A DNA stretch of 64,000 nucleotides. It comes from an uncultured Candidatus Saccharibacteria bacterium. Lineage in GTDB: Bacteria; Patescibacteriota; Minisyncoccia; Phycocordibacterales; UBA9973. Position numbers and translations under genes: made by a program. Under the pieces are notes generated by a model that saw nothing but the letters and a program-made list of their open reading frames with translations, had not been told where the DNA came from and did no database searches. The stretch covers positions 129,732 to 193,731 of the forward strand of contig CAYREQ010000001.1 in the NCBI GenBank assembly GCA_964423445.1, given 5' to 3'. Of this stretch, positions 49,595 to 58,736 are shown one piece after another (the stretch's first letter is position 1; each line of letters begins with the position of its first letter).

Positions 49595-50809
49595 TTAGGA
49601 ACTGACAAACTCTTGTCTTTTCCATTTATGTAAAATAAGAAAACCAATTATGGTAAATACTACCATAGCTCCTATTGCTATACGATAAGACAAAGCTCCT
49701 GTACCCATAGTCCAAATTATAACTCCCCATGTCAGTGGTCCAAACAAAGTAGCAAAACGCTCTGTGATTGTGTAAAAAGAAAATCCATAACCCATATTTT
49801 CTTTTGTCAGAATAGTCGTCAAATACGCACGAGAAGTTGTCCAAGCAGATCCAATTAGTAAGCCCATAAATGGGCTAAGTATAGCTGCTGTATAAAAATT
49901 CGGTGCTAATGCCAATAAAGGAATTGCAATAATCCAGCCAAATAAAATGAATTTTAAAGTTTTCAAAGCACCTATTTTATCACCTAACCATCCAGCAATA
50001 ATACTACCTATCGCTGACATCCCTAAAATAGCCATGAGTAGGATAGATTTTGTAGTATCTGGAGCATGAAAAACTCTTTCTAAATAAATAGAATAATTAT
50101 TACTTATAGTTAACAATGCGTCGTTATAAAAAAAGAAAGCCACTAACATCGGTGTAGCTGCAGAAGCTACAAAAAATGCAGTCATCTTTTGAATGAATGC
50201 TTTTATATCGTCTTTAGTGTGAGGAATACTTACTGAGTCTATTTGTTTCTCTGGTTCTTTAAAGAATACCATCATCGGAAGTGCCAAAATAAAGAAGACT
50301 GGTACAGATATAAATAAAGGAGTAATACGAGAACTTGCAAATGGTAGTGTAATTAAAATACCAACTACAAAACCTATAGAGTTCGCAAAATTTCCAAAAC
50401 CTGAAACCCTAGACTTATGGGCTTCGTCTGCTATGTCGTTCAACATTGGATTATAAAAAACAAAAGAAAGTTGGTAAAAATATTGACCAACTAAAAAGAA
50501 TAGAGCAACCAATAAAATATTACTATGAGTTACTGCTAAAATAGCTACTAACCCGTAAGAAACAAAAGTACCTATAGTAGAAATATTTAGCCAGTATTTT
50601 CTACCACCATACAAATCAGTACGAGCTGCAAGTATTGGAGCTGTAAATAAAAGAAAAATTGTAGTTATTGCGAAAATTGCATTGTACCAAAAATCTGACA
50701 GTCCTGCGTCAACAACAATCCATACCGCAAAGTATAAAACAAAATTTATATAAATTATAGAATTAGCAAAATCATACAAAGTCCAAAGAAAAATATTTCT
50801 TTTATTCAT
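49595..50809 (-). CDS. MFS transporter
   Basis: 12 predicted transmembrane helices and a DLYGGRKYW MFS loop motif. The ATG overlaps the CCA end of tRNA-Phe by 1 nt. Confidence 0.75.
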   Translation of the reverse strand: MNKRNIFLWTLYDFANSIIYINFVLYFAVWIVVDAGLSDFWYNAIFAITTIFLLFTAPILAARTDLYGGRKYWLNISTIGTFVSYGLVAILAVTHSNILLVALFFLVGQYFYQLSFVFYNPMLNDIADEAHKSRVSGFGNFANSIGFVVGILITLPFASSRITPLFISVPVFFILALPMMVFFKEPEKQIDSVSIPHTKDDIKAFIQKMTAFFVASAATPMLVAFFFYNDALLTISNNYSIYLERVFHAPDTTKSILLMAILGMSAIGSIIAGWLGDKIGALKTLKFILFGWIIAIPLLALAPNFYTAAILSPFMGLLIGSAWTTSRAYLTTILTKENMGYGFSFYTITERFATLFGPLTWGVIIWTMGTGALSYRIAIGAMVVFTIIGFLILHKWKRQEFVSS

Positions 50810-50884
50810 GGTGCTTGGAGGCAGATTTGCACTGCCGACCCTTCCCTCTTCAGGGGAATGCTCTACTAACTGAGCTATCCAAGC
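50809..50884 (-). tRNA. tRNA-Phe (anticodon GAA), CCA encoded
   Basis: The reverse complement reads GCTTGGATAGCTCAGTTAGTAGAGCATTCCCCTGAAGAGGGAAGGGTCGGCAGTGCAAATCTGCCTCCAAGCACCA. Confidence 0.8.
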
Positions 50885-50961
50885 ATGTATTTTATTATAA
50901 AAAAATAAACTAAAATTTAACTTACTAACACTGTATTTCTACTAAAACAGCTAACCAAACA

Positions 50962-51195
50962 TTACTTAAAATTATCTAATATACTTCCTGCTCCGCTGTA
51001 CACATCCATTAATTGAGTCAAATATGGCTGTATAACGTAGTAAGCTCCCACAGCAGAACCTATTATGAAAACCCAATACAAGATGCTCATAATGCGTTGT
51101 ATACGCATAGAACGTAGCATGGAGCGTAGCATCTTATTGTTATCTTCTTCTAGTTCAAGAGTTTGATCTAAAAGCTTTTTTGATTCTGGGTCCAT
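50962..51195 (-). CDS. hypothetical small membrane protein
   Basis: 77 aa with one transmembrane helix (IMSILYWVFIIGSAVGAYYVI). Confidence 0.4.
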   Translation of the reverse strand: MDPESKKLLDQTLELEEDNNKMLRSMLRSMRIQRIMSILYWVFIIGSAVGAYYVIQPYLTQLMDVYSGAGSILDNFK

Positions 51196-51248
51196 AGATA
51201 GATATTAACAAAAACAACTAGAAAAATCAAAGTCTTTCAAGTAAACCT

Positions 51249-51974
51249 TTATGATGTTTTTGATAGTTCTTTATTTTGATACATTTTAAAATCTGCACCT
51301 TTTATGATATCTTCAACACTTTTTTCTTCTCCTTGCATCAATGTCTCATAACCCATAGCCACAGAAAAAGGGACATCTCTACCGTCCACATCTACAGACA
51401 AATTTTCATTTACCTGCTTTTTTATTCTTTCAAATACACTTTCTAAAGTTCTCGGATTGTTATCATCTATAGACATTAATACCATAAACTCATCGCCTGC
51501 TCTAAAACGAAATATCAAATCATTCTTTTTGGTGGCTTCTTTTAGCCGATTAGACACATTGATTATAGCTTGAGTACCGACAGAGTGACTATTATTTAAA
51601 TCATTCAAGCTTTTCATGCCATTTATATCTAGAAATATCACCATGACAGATGACATCTTGTTTTTATTTTCTGGACTTGGATTATTTAATTTTTCTATCA
51701 AACCATCAATTTTAGATTTAAAAAAAGAATGATCTAGCACACCAGTAAGTGGGTCAATACCATCTCTCTTTTCCAGTTCTTCAGCGAGAAATGCTGAGAG
51801 TTTTGCAAATTGCTCCAGGTCTATTTTCTCATTTTTATAAAGTAAACGCAGATCTTCTACTCTACATCCACCAGCTTTTATTAAATCTTGGTAATCTTTA
51901 TATACAGCCCTACTCTCAGGTGAAGCCAGTCTAATTTCTGGTCCAGACTTAGGTCTAAAATCATTTTGTTCCAT
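51249..51974 (-). CDS. GGDEF-domain protein (AGDEF variant of the active-site motif)
   Basis: VIFLDINGMKSLND ... RFRAGDEFMVL is the typical GGDEF domain arrangement with the first Gly replaced by Ala. Confidence 0.6.
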   Translation of the reverse strand: MEQNDFRPKSGPEIRLASPESRAVYKDYQDLIKAGGCRVEDLRLLYKNEKIDLEQFAKLSAFLAEELEKRDGIDPLTGVLDHSFFKSKIDGLIEKLNNPSPENKNKMSSVMVIFLDINGMKSLNDLNNSHSVGTQAIINVSNRLKEATKKNDLIFRFRAGDEFMVLMSIDDNNPRTLESVFERIKKQVNENLSVDVDGRDVPFSVAMGYETLMQGEEKSVEDIIKGADFKMYQNKELSKTS

Positions 51975-52013
51975 ATCAAAATATTAACATGGATAATCCA
52001 AAAAACAATGTAG

Positions 52014-52085
52014 TGCCCCCGGCACGAATCGAACGTACATCTATCCCTTAGGACGGGACTGTTCTATCCATTGAACTACGAGGGC
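52014..52085 (-). tRNA. tRNA-Arg (anticodon CCT)
   Basis: The reverse complement reads GCCCTCGTAGTTCAATGGATAGAACAGTCCCGTCCTAAGGGATAGATGTACGTTCGATTCGTGCCGGGGGCA. Confidence 0.75.
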
Positions 52086-52094
52086 ATGGTCTAT

Positions 52095-52328
52095 CTAAAG
52101 ACCAAGCAATTGGGCTATTTTAGGTTGATTAAAGCCAACAGTGAGCTCATCTCCAATGACGATAACAGGGACGCCCATCTGTCCACTCTTTTCTATCATT
52201 TCTTTCCTTTTTTCCAAATCACTTGCAACATTGTGTTCTGTATATGCTATATTCTTTTCTTTAAAAAACTCTTTGGCCATATGACAAAAATGGCATGTAG
52301 GTGTCGAATAAATTGTTACTTGTTGCAT
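52095..52328 (-). CDS. glutaredoxin-like protein (NrdH/Grx family)
   Basis: 77 aa with a CHFC active site in YSTPTCHFCHMAKEFF and a thioredoxin fold. Confidence 0.75.
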   Translation of the reverse strand: MQQVTIYSTPTCHFCHMAKEFFKEKNIAYTEHNVASDLEKRKEMIEKSGQMGVPVIVIGDELTVGFNQPKIAQLLGL

Positions 52329-52390
52329 ATTTTTATATTTTTTATCTTTTAATATCTTAATTATATCACACTTGTGAACTTCTCAAAATG

Positions 52391-52461
52391 TGCGGGATAC
52401 GAGAATCGAACTCATGTCTAATCCTTGGGAAGGACTCATTTTACCACTAAACTAATCCCGC
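52391..52461 (-). tRNA. tRNA-Gly (anticodon CCC)
   Basis: The reverse complement reads GCGGGATTAGTTTAGTGGTAAAATGAGTCCTTCCCAAGGATTAGACATGAGTTCGATTCTCGTATCCCGC. Confidence 0.75.
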
Positions 52462-52826
52462 CAAAAAAATAAAAAAGAGAAAAACCCTTTTTCTTCTTCT
52501 TTGGTTTCAGTATTTTTATCTTTATCGTCTACTACTATGATTAGACCTTCCCCTTCTTTTACAACTGGAAATTTTTCTCTAATACTTTCTTCTATGCCAT
52601 TTGGGCTAGCCAATTTTTTGACATCATATTCGAATATTTCTTTTTTCTTTTGTAATTCGTTTAACCTATTCTCGGCTATTTTTCTATTCTCTCTAGTTGT
52701 CTGCATCCTGACCAAGACTCCGATTACACCCCAAGCAAAAAATAACAATATTATACCGAGCAGTATAAGCACTGGCCAAGATTCAAGTACATTTCTCCAT
52801 CTTTTTTTTTGTTGAAAATCTCTCAT
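52452..52826 (-). CDS. septum formation initiator (FtsB/DivIC)-like protein
   Basis: N-terminal transmembrane helix followed by a coiled coil (NRLNELQKKKEIFEYDVKKL). The 3' end overlaps tRNA-Gly by about 10 nt. Confidence 0.5.
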   Translation of the reverse strand: MRDFQQKKRWRNVLESWPVLILLGIILLFFAWGVIGVLVRMQTTRENRKIAENRLNELQKKKEIFEYDVKKLASPNGIEESIREKFPVVKEGEGLIIVVDDKDKNTETKEEEKGFFSFLFFWRD

Positions 52827-52963
52827 AAAATGCTATAATATGATTATATGCTTTTCAATAAAAAACATCAAAAGAAAATACAATACGCATGGGCAGTAGT
52901 CAGTATACTTATCATTTTTAGTATGATACTGCTCTACTCTCCATTTTTTAGATAATTTAAAAA

Positions 52964-54766
52964 TTATTTATCTCCACTACGCATCATCTTCAAGAACACA
53001 TCTTGGGATATGTTTACTTTTCCTTTTTCTTTCATCTTCTTCTTACCTTTCTTCTGCTTCTCACGAAGTTTCATCTTTCGAGTAATATCTCCACCATACA
53101 TATGCTGAGTCACATCTTTTTTCATACCAGATTTTGAGCGAGATGAAATAATGCGCCCCAGAGCTTTTCCTTGAATTTTCATAGAGAACATTTGTCTAGG
53201 TAAAAGCTTGTCCAATTTTTCTACTGTATTTTCTGCCTCTTCTTCTACTCTTCTCTTTGATATGACTCTAGAAAAAGCTGGCACTATCTCATCTGCTACC
53301 AAAATATCTAATCTGGTCACATTTGCCTCTCGCATTTCACCTATCTCATAAGATATAGAGCCGTAGCCAGAAGATGTGCTTTTTAATTCATCAAAAAAGT
53401 TACGCATCAATTCTCGGAGTGGTATCTTTACAGCAATAGAAGATCTAGTATCTCCAAAATTTTCTGTCTCACCTATCTCTGCTTCGTGATCAAAGAGCAA
53501 CTGCATTATATTCCCGATATATTCCACTGGGGTAATAATTTTTAAATTTACCCAAGGCTCAAAAACTTTATCGATAACACTGTCGTCTGGGAAAAAATGC
53601 GGAGAATATATTTTTTCTTTTTTACCATTTTTTAATAAAACCTCATATGTAATAGATGGAGTAGTGATAACTAAATCCAGATTAAATTCACGTTTTAATC
53701 TTTCAGTAATAATTTCCAAGTGTAGCATACCTAGAAAACCACAGCGGAAACCTTTACCAAGAGACCCTGAAGCTTCTTCTTCATAAGAAAAAGCTGAATC
53801 AGAAAGTTTTAATTTACCCAAAGCCAATTTTAATTCAGCAAAATCATCAGCATCCTCGGGAAAGACAGACGCCCAGACTACTGGCATTGGTTGCATATAT
53901 CCTGGGAATGCTGGCAATGGATTTTTATGCATAGTAATAGTATCTCCCACAGAAGCTATGCCTGGCTTTTTGATACCTGTGACTATGTATCCTGTGTCTC
54001 CTGCAGAAAGAAAATCGCGCGGAGTTTCTTCTGGAGAGAAAGTCCCTACTTCAAGTGAAGTAAATTTTTCTTTTGATACTCCAAAAAGTAAGCTCTCATT
54101 TTTTGAAACTTTTCCATCCAAGACACGAACAAAGACTATCACCCCTCTGTGGTTGGAATATTTAAAATCAAAGACTAGGGCACGTAAAATATTTTCTCCC
54201 TTGTGTTCTTCTTTTGGTTCTGGAATTTGTTTGATAACCTCTCGGAGAAGACTCTCCACCCCTTCTCCTGTCTTACCAGAAACCAATAATATTTCGTCTC
54301 TATCGCATTCTAAGAGTTCTGAAACTTCATCTTTTACTTCATCTACTCTGGCAAGCGGGGAATCAATTTTTGATAAAACAGGTATTATTTTAAGACCACT
54401 ATTTCGAGCTAGGGTAAGAGTGGTCAATGTCTGAGCTTGTACGCCTTGAGTCGAATCTACGAGCAATATAGAGCCTTCTACGGCCTTTAGAGCTCGAGAA
54501 ACTTCATATGAGAAGTCTATGTGCCCTGGTGTATCTATAAGGTTTAAAACATATTTTTGGCCATCCAAAGTGTGTTCCATGCGCACTGGTTGCATCTTTA
54601 TAGTGATACCTCTTTCACGCTCTAATTCCATAGTATCTAGCATTTGGTCACGCATTTTTCGCTCTGGTATGGTATGTGTAATTTCAAGCATTCTATCAGC
54701 CAAGGTACTCTTACCGTGGTCGATGTGGGCTATTATTGAAAAATTTCTTATGTGTTTTAAATCCAT
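52964..54766 (-). CDS. lepA: translation elongation factor 4 (LepA)
   Basis: NFSIIAHIDHGKSTLADR G1 motif, DTPGH, and the LepA-specific C-terminal domain. 600 aa. Confidence 0.95.
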   Translation of the reverse strand: MDLKHIRNFSIIAHIDHGKSTLADRMLEITHTIPERKMRDQMLDTMELERERGITIKMQPVRMEHTLDGQKYVLNLIDTPGHIDFSYEVSRALKAVEGSILLVDSTQGVQAQTLTTLTLARNSGLKIIPVLSKIDSPLARVDEVKDEVSELLECDRDEILLVSGKTGEGVESLLREVIKQIPEPKEEHKGENILRALVFDFKYSNHRGVIVFVRVLDGKVSKNESLLFGVSKEKFTSLEVGTFSPEETPRDFLSAGDTGYIVTGIKKPGIASVGDTITMHKNPLPAFPGYMQPMPVVWASVFPEDADDFAELKLALGKLKLSDSAFSYEEEASGSLGKGFRCGFLGMLHLEIITERLKREFNLDLVITTPSITYEVLLKNGKKEKIYSPHFFPDDSVIDKVFEPWVNLKIITPVEYIGNIMQLLFDHEAEIGETENFGDTRSSIAVKIPLRELMRNFFDELKSTSSGYGSISYEIGEMREANVTRLDILVADEIVPAFSRVISKRRVEEEAENTVEKLDKLLPRQMFSMKIQGKALGRIISSRSKSGMKKDVTQHMYGGDITRKMKLREKQKKGKKKMKEKGKVNISQDVFLKMMRSGDK

Positions 54767-54814
54767 TTATTCTATATTAGCAGAAAATCTATAAAATTTC
54801 AGCATAAATTAGTT

Positions 54815-54841
54815 ATGCCCGCCGAAACTGTGTTTCGGCGG
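54815..54841 (-). terminator. GC-rich perfect 12-bp palindrome, probable terminator of the GlsB-family gene
   Basis: GCCCGCCGAAAC tgt GTTTCGGCGGGC, located immediately 3' of the minus-strand 69-aa gene. Confidence 0.5.
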
Positions 54842-54857
54842 GCACTCTCCGTAAATA

Positions 54858-55067
54858 TCACGAAGTCTTATTTTTGGGTTTATTATCGACGTGTCGAAGT
54901 AGCCCAATGAGCGCACCCGCGATGGTAATTATAACGACACCGACTGCATCCACCCATAATGAGGGCTTTATTACCTCAGGTTGATTATCTCTCAACCAGT
55001 CGACAAAAAATATCCCCGCAATCAAACCGACAATTCCTCCAATTACGACATTTAAAATCACAGTCAC
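54858..55067 (-). CDS. GlsB/YeaQ/YmgE-family small membrane protein
   Basis: 69 aa with two glycine-rich transmembrane helices (VIGGIVGLIAGIFF...VVIITIAGALIGLL). Confidence 0.65.
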   Translation of the reverse strand: MTVILNVVIGGIVGLIAGIFFVDWLRDNQPEVIKPSLWVDAVGVVIITIAGALIGLLRHVDNKPKNKTS

Positions 55068-55244
55068 CTCCTTTCTTAATTGTGATTAATATAATTCTCT
55101 GTATCAGTCATTGTAATGACCAAATAAAGAATGTAAACAGACCAAAATGGATTTAGCATCAAATCTTTTAAAGATTTCAACATGGAAAAGCCTCCAAAGA
55201 GCAAAATTCTACAAATACACAGTACAACTTTTTTTAAACTTTGT

Positions 55245-57002
55245 CTATTCCAAGAATCCACCAGTCTGGTGATTCCAAAGTTCGGCATACATACCACCTT
55301 TTTTTAATAATTCTTTATGATTACCCTCTTCTACTATATTTCCTTTATCCAAGACAATAATTCTATCCATTTTTTGAATTGTTGAGAGTCTGTGTGCTAT
55401 GACTATTGTAGTCTTACCTTTCATAAGCTCACTAAAAGCATCTTGTATATATTGTTCACTAATACTATCTAGTGAGCTAGTAGCTTCATCTAAAATTAAA
55501 ATTGGTGAATCTACAAGCATCACTCTAGCTATGGCTATACGCTGACGCTCACCACCTGAGAGTTTTACTCCTCTTTCTCCTACCATTGTGTCATAACCAT
55601 ACTTTAGATTTGATATAAATTCATGCGCATGAGCTCTTTTTGCGGCAGAAATAATTTCTGCCTCTGTGGCATCAGGTTTACCATAAGCTATATTTTCTCT
55701 AATAGTTCGATGAAAAAGCATCGGCTCTTGAGGTACGTACGATATTACATTTCGTAAATCATCTTGGGCCACATGGCGAATATCTTGATCATCAATTTTT
55801 ATACTACCAGAATTTACATCCAAAAATCTCAAGAGTAATTTAGTGATGGTGGACTTACCAGCACCAGAATGTCCTACTATACCTATCTTTTCTCCAGAAT
55901 TGATTTTTAAATTAAAATTATCAAAAACCTTTTTCTCAGCATCATAAAAGAAATCTACATTTTCAAAATTTATATTGCCAAGCTTCATTTTTGAAATTTC
56001 AGGTTCTTTTGGATCTAATATATCCGCCTTGGTTTCAAAAATATCTATAACCTCGTTCATGTCAGCAAAAGATTCCATAAATTTTGTAGTGGCTTTACCC
56101 AAATCCCAAAGACGGTCAAAAATTACAACCATATAAGTCTGTACTAATACCACAGTACCTGTGCTCAAAGTACCAGCAATCCATAATTTTATAACAAAAT
56201 AGAGAACTACTGCCTGTACTGTCACCATCATCCCACCCTGAAGAGCATCTTGTTTATTTTGAAAATACCATGATCTGTCTCTATATTTTTGTTCACTTGA
56301 AGTAACTTCTTTAAATAATTTTATTTCTCTTTTACCGGCTGAAAAAACTTTTAAGGCAAAAACGTTTGCAAAAACATCTGCGAGCCTACCTCCGACGCGT
56401 GAATCAGCTTCGGCTTTTGCAATGTCATAAGCCATTCTTTTTCTAATTACAAAAGAAACTATAACTAAATAAAATATTACCCAACCAAAAAATAACATAG
56501 CTATAGTAGGAACTTCTCTAAATAAGACGAAGAATACACCGATTAAAATAATCAAAGTGCTCCAAAAATTAAAGACGAGGGTGTCGTGCATGACCTCAAA
56601 AGCTCTTACAAATCTTCTAGACTTTGTAACCAGGCTTCCCACAAAACGATTTGAGAAAAATGAATAAGAATTATTTGTAATATTTACAAATGAATAATTT
56701 GCTAATTCTCGTATTAAATTTGTTTGAAAATATACAATAGAATAAGCCCCTGCCCTAGAAAGTAAATAATTTCCAAAAATTATGAGTATATTTATAAACA
56801 CAAGACCCATTAGTTCGCTTGTCATGGCTGACCTAGAAATATATGGATTTGAAATAAGGTCAATTATCTTTTTGAAGTAAACTGCGAGAAGTACAGAACT
56901 TAGAAAAAACCTAAGACCGTAAAAGAAAAAGGCCATAAAAAAAGACCATTTGTATTTCAATATTTGTGGCCAAATATGGCGAAGAATCTTTCTTACAAAC
57001 AT
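55245..57002 (-). CDS. ABC transporter ATP-binding/permease fusion (MsbA-like exporter)
   Basis: N-terminal 6-TM domain plus NBD with GHSGAGKST, LSGGERQRIAIARV and ILILDEATS. Confidence 0.85.
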   Translation of the reverse strand: MFVRKILRHIWPQILKYKWSFFMAFFFYGLRFFLSSVLLAVYFKKIIDLISNPYISRSAMTSELMGLVFINILIIFGNYLLSRAGAYSIVYFQTNLIRELANYSFVNITNNSYSFFSNRFVGSLVTKSRRFVRAFEVMHDTLVFNFWSTLIILIGVFFVLFREVPTIAMLFFGWVIFYLVIVSFVIRKRMAYDIAKAEADSRVGGRLADVFANVFALKVFSAGKREIKLFKEVTSSEQKYRDRSWYFQNKQDALQGGMMVTVQAVVLYFVIKLWIAGTLSTGTVVLVQTYMVVIFDRLWDLGKATTKFMESFADMNEVIDIFETKADILDPKEPEISKMKLGNINFENVDFFYDAEKKVFDNFNLKINSGEKIGIVGHSGAGKSTITKLLLRFLDVNSGSIKIDDQDIRHVAQDDLRNVISYVPQEPMLFHRTIRENIAYGKPDATEAEIISAAKRAHAHEFISNLKYGYDTMVGERGVKLSGGERQRIAIARVMLVDSPILILDEATSSLDSISEQYIQDAFSELMKGKTTIVIAHRLSTIQKMDRIIVLDKGNIVEEGNHKELLKKGGMYAELWNHQTGGFLE

Positions 57003-57042
57003 TTTTCTATTCTAGCAGAAAAAAGGTGAAAAAACCAAAGAT

Positions 57043-58731
57043 TTAAAGCTCTTCCTGAGAAGGAGCTAAAACTTTTGCCTTCCAGAACTTGGTATGTAAA
57101 GTATTTAAAACGTCTTTCAACTCTTCATTTTTTAACAAGTGTAGTACTAAAACAGCAGAAAATATTCCTAGAATTCCCGAGATAAAGCCTTGTAAAAATA
57201 CGCCCAAAAAAGTATTTGTGCCAAAAATTGGAGAAAGAATATTTAAACTCGTATACGCCACTAAGCCAAGGAAAAATGACGCGCCAAGGCTCTGGAAAAA
57301 TGTATTTGTTATAAAAGATTCCCCTTTCATAAAATCTCTGCGAACAAAAAACCAATACAATATTGCATTTAAAATAGTGCCAGTAGAGTATGCGAGAGGA
57401 AGCATCAATACTGTAGTGCCTTCTATGTCATTTACTTTCAAAAGTGACTCTATAAAATCACGGAAGAAAATCCAGTTCTCAAAAAGATGTATAAAAACAA
57501 AAGATAAAACTATAATCATACTTGAGCAAATAAAATTTATCACGAGTGGCCTGGTAGTATTCCCATTTGCATAATAAGCCCTAGAAAGTAGTGCTATCAT
57601 GCCTTGTGCTAATACTGATACAGAAAATATTGCGAGACACGCGGCGACCAATCTAGTATTTTCCCAAGAAAAAGAACCTGAGCCGAGTATCACACGGACT
57701 ATTTGCGCACGTACGACAATAAAAAGAAAAATAACTGGCAGTGACCAAAATACTATAGCTCGTGCTGCGGACTTTAAATGTTTTCTAAATTCTTCAATTT
57801 TCCCAGCAGAAATTGACTTGGTCAGAGTAGGAAAAGCTGCTACAGCATATGATACACCGATTATATTCAAAGGAACTGATTGCAGGTTTAATGAAAGATT
57901 AAAAATAGAAATAGATCCACCCTTCAAAAAAGAAGCGAGCGATATAATCGCTATTAAAGCTATGTTGTTAAAAGAAAGTCCCAATGTGCGAGGAAGAGAT
58001 GTCATGGCCACTCGTTTAATTTCTTTAAAGTTTATAGCAAAAATAGAAGAAGAAAACCTTGGAGCAAAACCACAACTATAAGAAGCTATAGCTTGTACAC
58101 TAAAATGCATAAGAGCTCCTAAGACCACCCCTAGAGCTAAGCCGTAAATACCAAAAATTGGATAGAAAAATATTACACCTGTGATTATACCAGTGTTGTA
58201 AAGAATTGGGCTAAGTGAATAAATAAAGAATTTACGAAAAAGCTGTGTGACTGTACCGAAAAGATTTGAAAGCCCCATCAGTATAGGAGAAAGTAGCATT
58301 ATTCTTGAAAGTATTATCAATTTATCTTGCATCTCTCCTGTAAAACCAGGAGCTATGATAGACACGAGTATGGGCATAAGGAAAAATATTATAGTAGAAA
58401 TCACTATAATTGAAAGAAAAAAAACTGTAAAAATATCATTTAGAAATTTTTGAGCTTTCAGAGTCACCTTGCCATCATCCATTTTTTCAACAATAAAAGG
58501 TATAAGTACTGTGATTGATGCTAGAGATGCGACAGAAATAAAAATTAAATCAGGTATACGAAAAGCCGCATAATAAGCATCCAGATTTGAAGAAGGACCT
58601 ATAAAATAAGCTATTGACCTATCACGAAATAGTGCCAATACCTGAGAAAGAAAGGCAAAGAAACCAAGTAAAAGTGCAGCCTGATTTACACTCCCATATT
58701 CTTTACTTAGAATTCTGAGAATCTTATTCAT
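57043..58731 (-). CDS. murJ: lipid II flippase MurJ
   Basis: MviN/MurJ N-terminus (LLLGFFAFLSQVLALFRDRSIAYFIG...LDAYYAAFRIPDLIF), 14 transmembrane helices. Confidence 0.8.
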   Translation of the reverse strand: MNKILRILSKEYGSVNQAALLLGFFAFLSQVLALFRDRSIAYFIGPSSNLDAYYAAFRIPDLIFISVASLASITVLIPFIVEKMDDGKVTLKAQKFLNDIFTVFFLSIIVISTIIFFLMPILVSIIAPGFTGEMQDKLIILSRIMLLSPILMGLSNLFGTVTQLFRKFFIYSLSPILYNTGIITGVIFFYPIFGIYGLALGVVLGALMHFSVQAIASYSCGFAPRFSSSIFAINFKEIKRVAMTSLPRTLGLSFNNIALIAIISLASFLKGGSISIFNLSLNLQSVPLNIIGVSYAVAAFPTLTKSISAGKIEEFRKHLKSAARAIVFWSLPVIFLFIVVRAQIVRVILGSGSFSWENTRLVAACLAIFSVSVLAQGMIALLSRAYYANGNTTRPLVINFICSSMIIVLSFVFIHLFENWIFFRDFIESLLKVNDIEGTTVLMLPLAYSTGTILNAILYWFFVRRDFMKGESFITNTFFQSLGASFFLGLVAYTSLNILSPIFGTNTFLGVFLQGFISGILGIFSAVLVLHLLKNEELKDVLNTLHTKFWKAKVLAPSQEEL

Positions 58732-58736
58732 TTTTA

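Noticed and set aside
52071-52352. 93-aa plus-strand ORF
   Set aside because: It overlaps tRNA-Arg and is antisense to a clear CxxC glutaredoxin-like gene on the minus strand.
54815-54841. Perfect 12-bp GC-rich palindrome as a regulator binding site or mobile-element end
   Set aside because: It sits immediately 3' of the minus-strand GlsB-family gene and is not repeated elsewhere in the window. It is most simply an intrinsic terminator hairpin.
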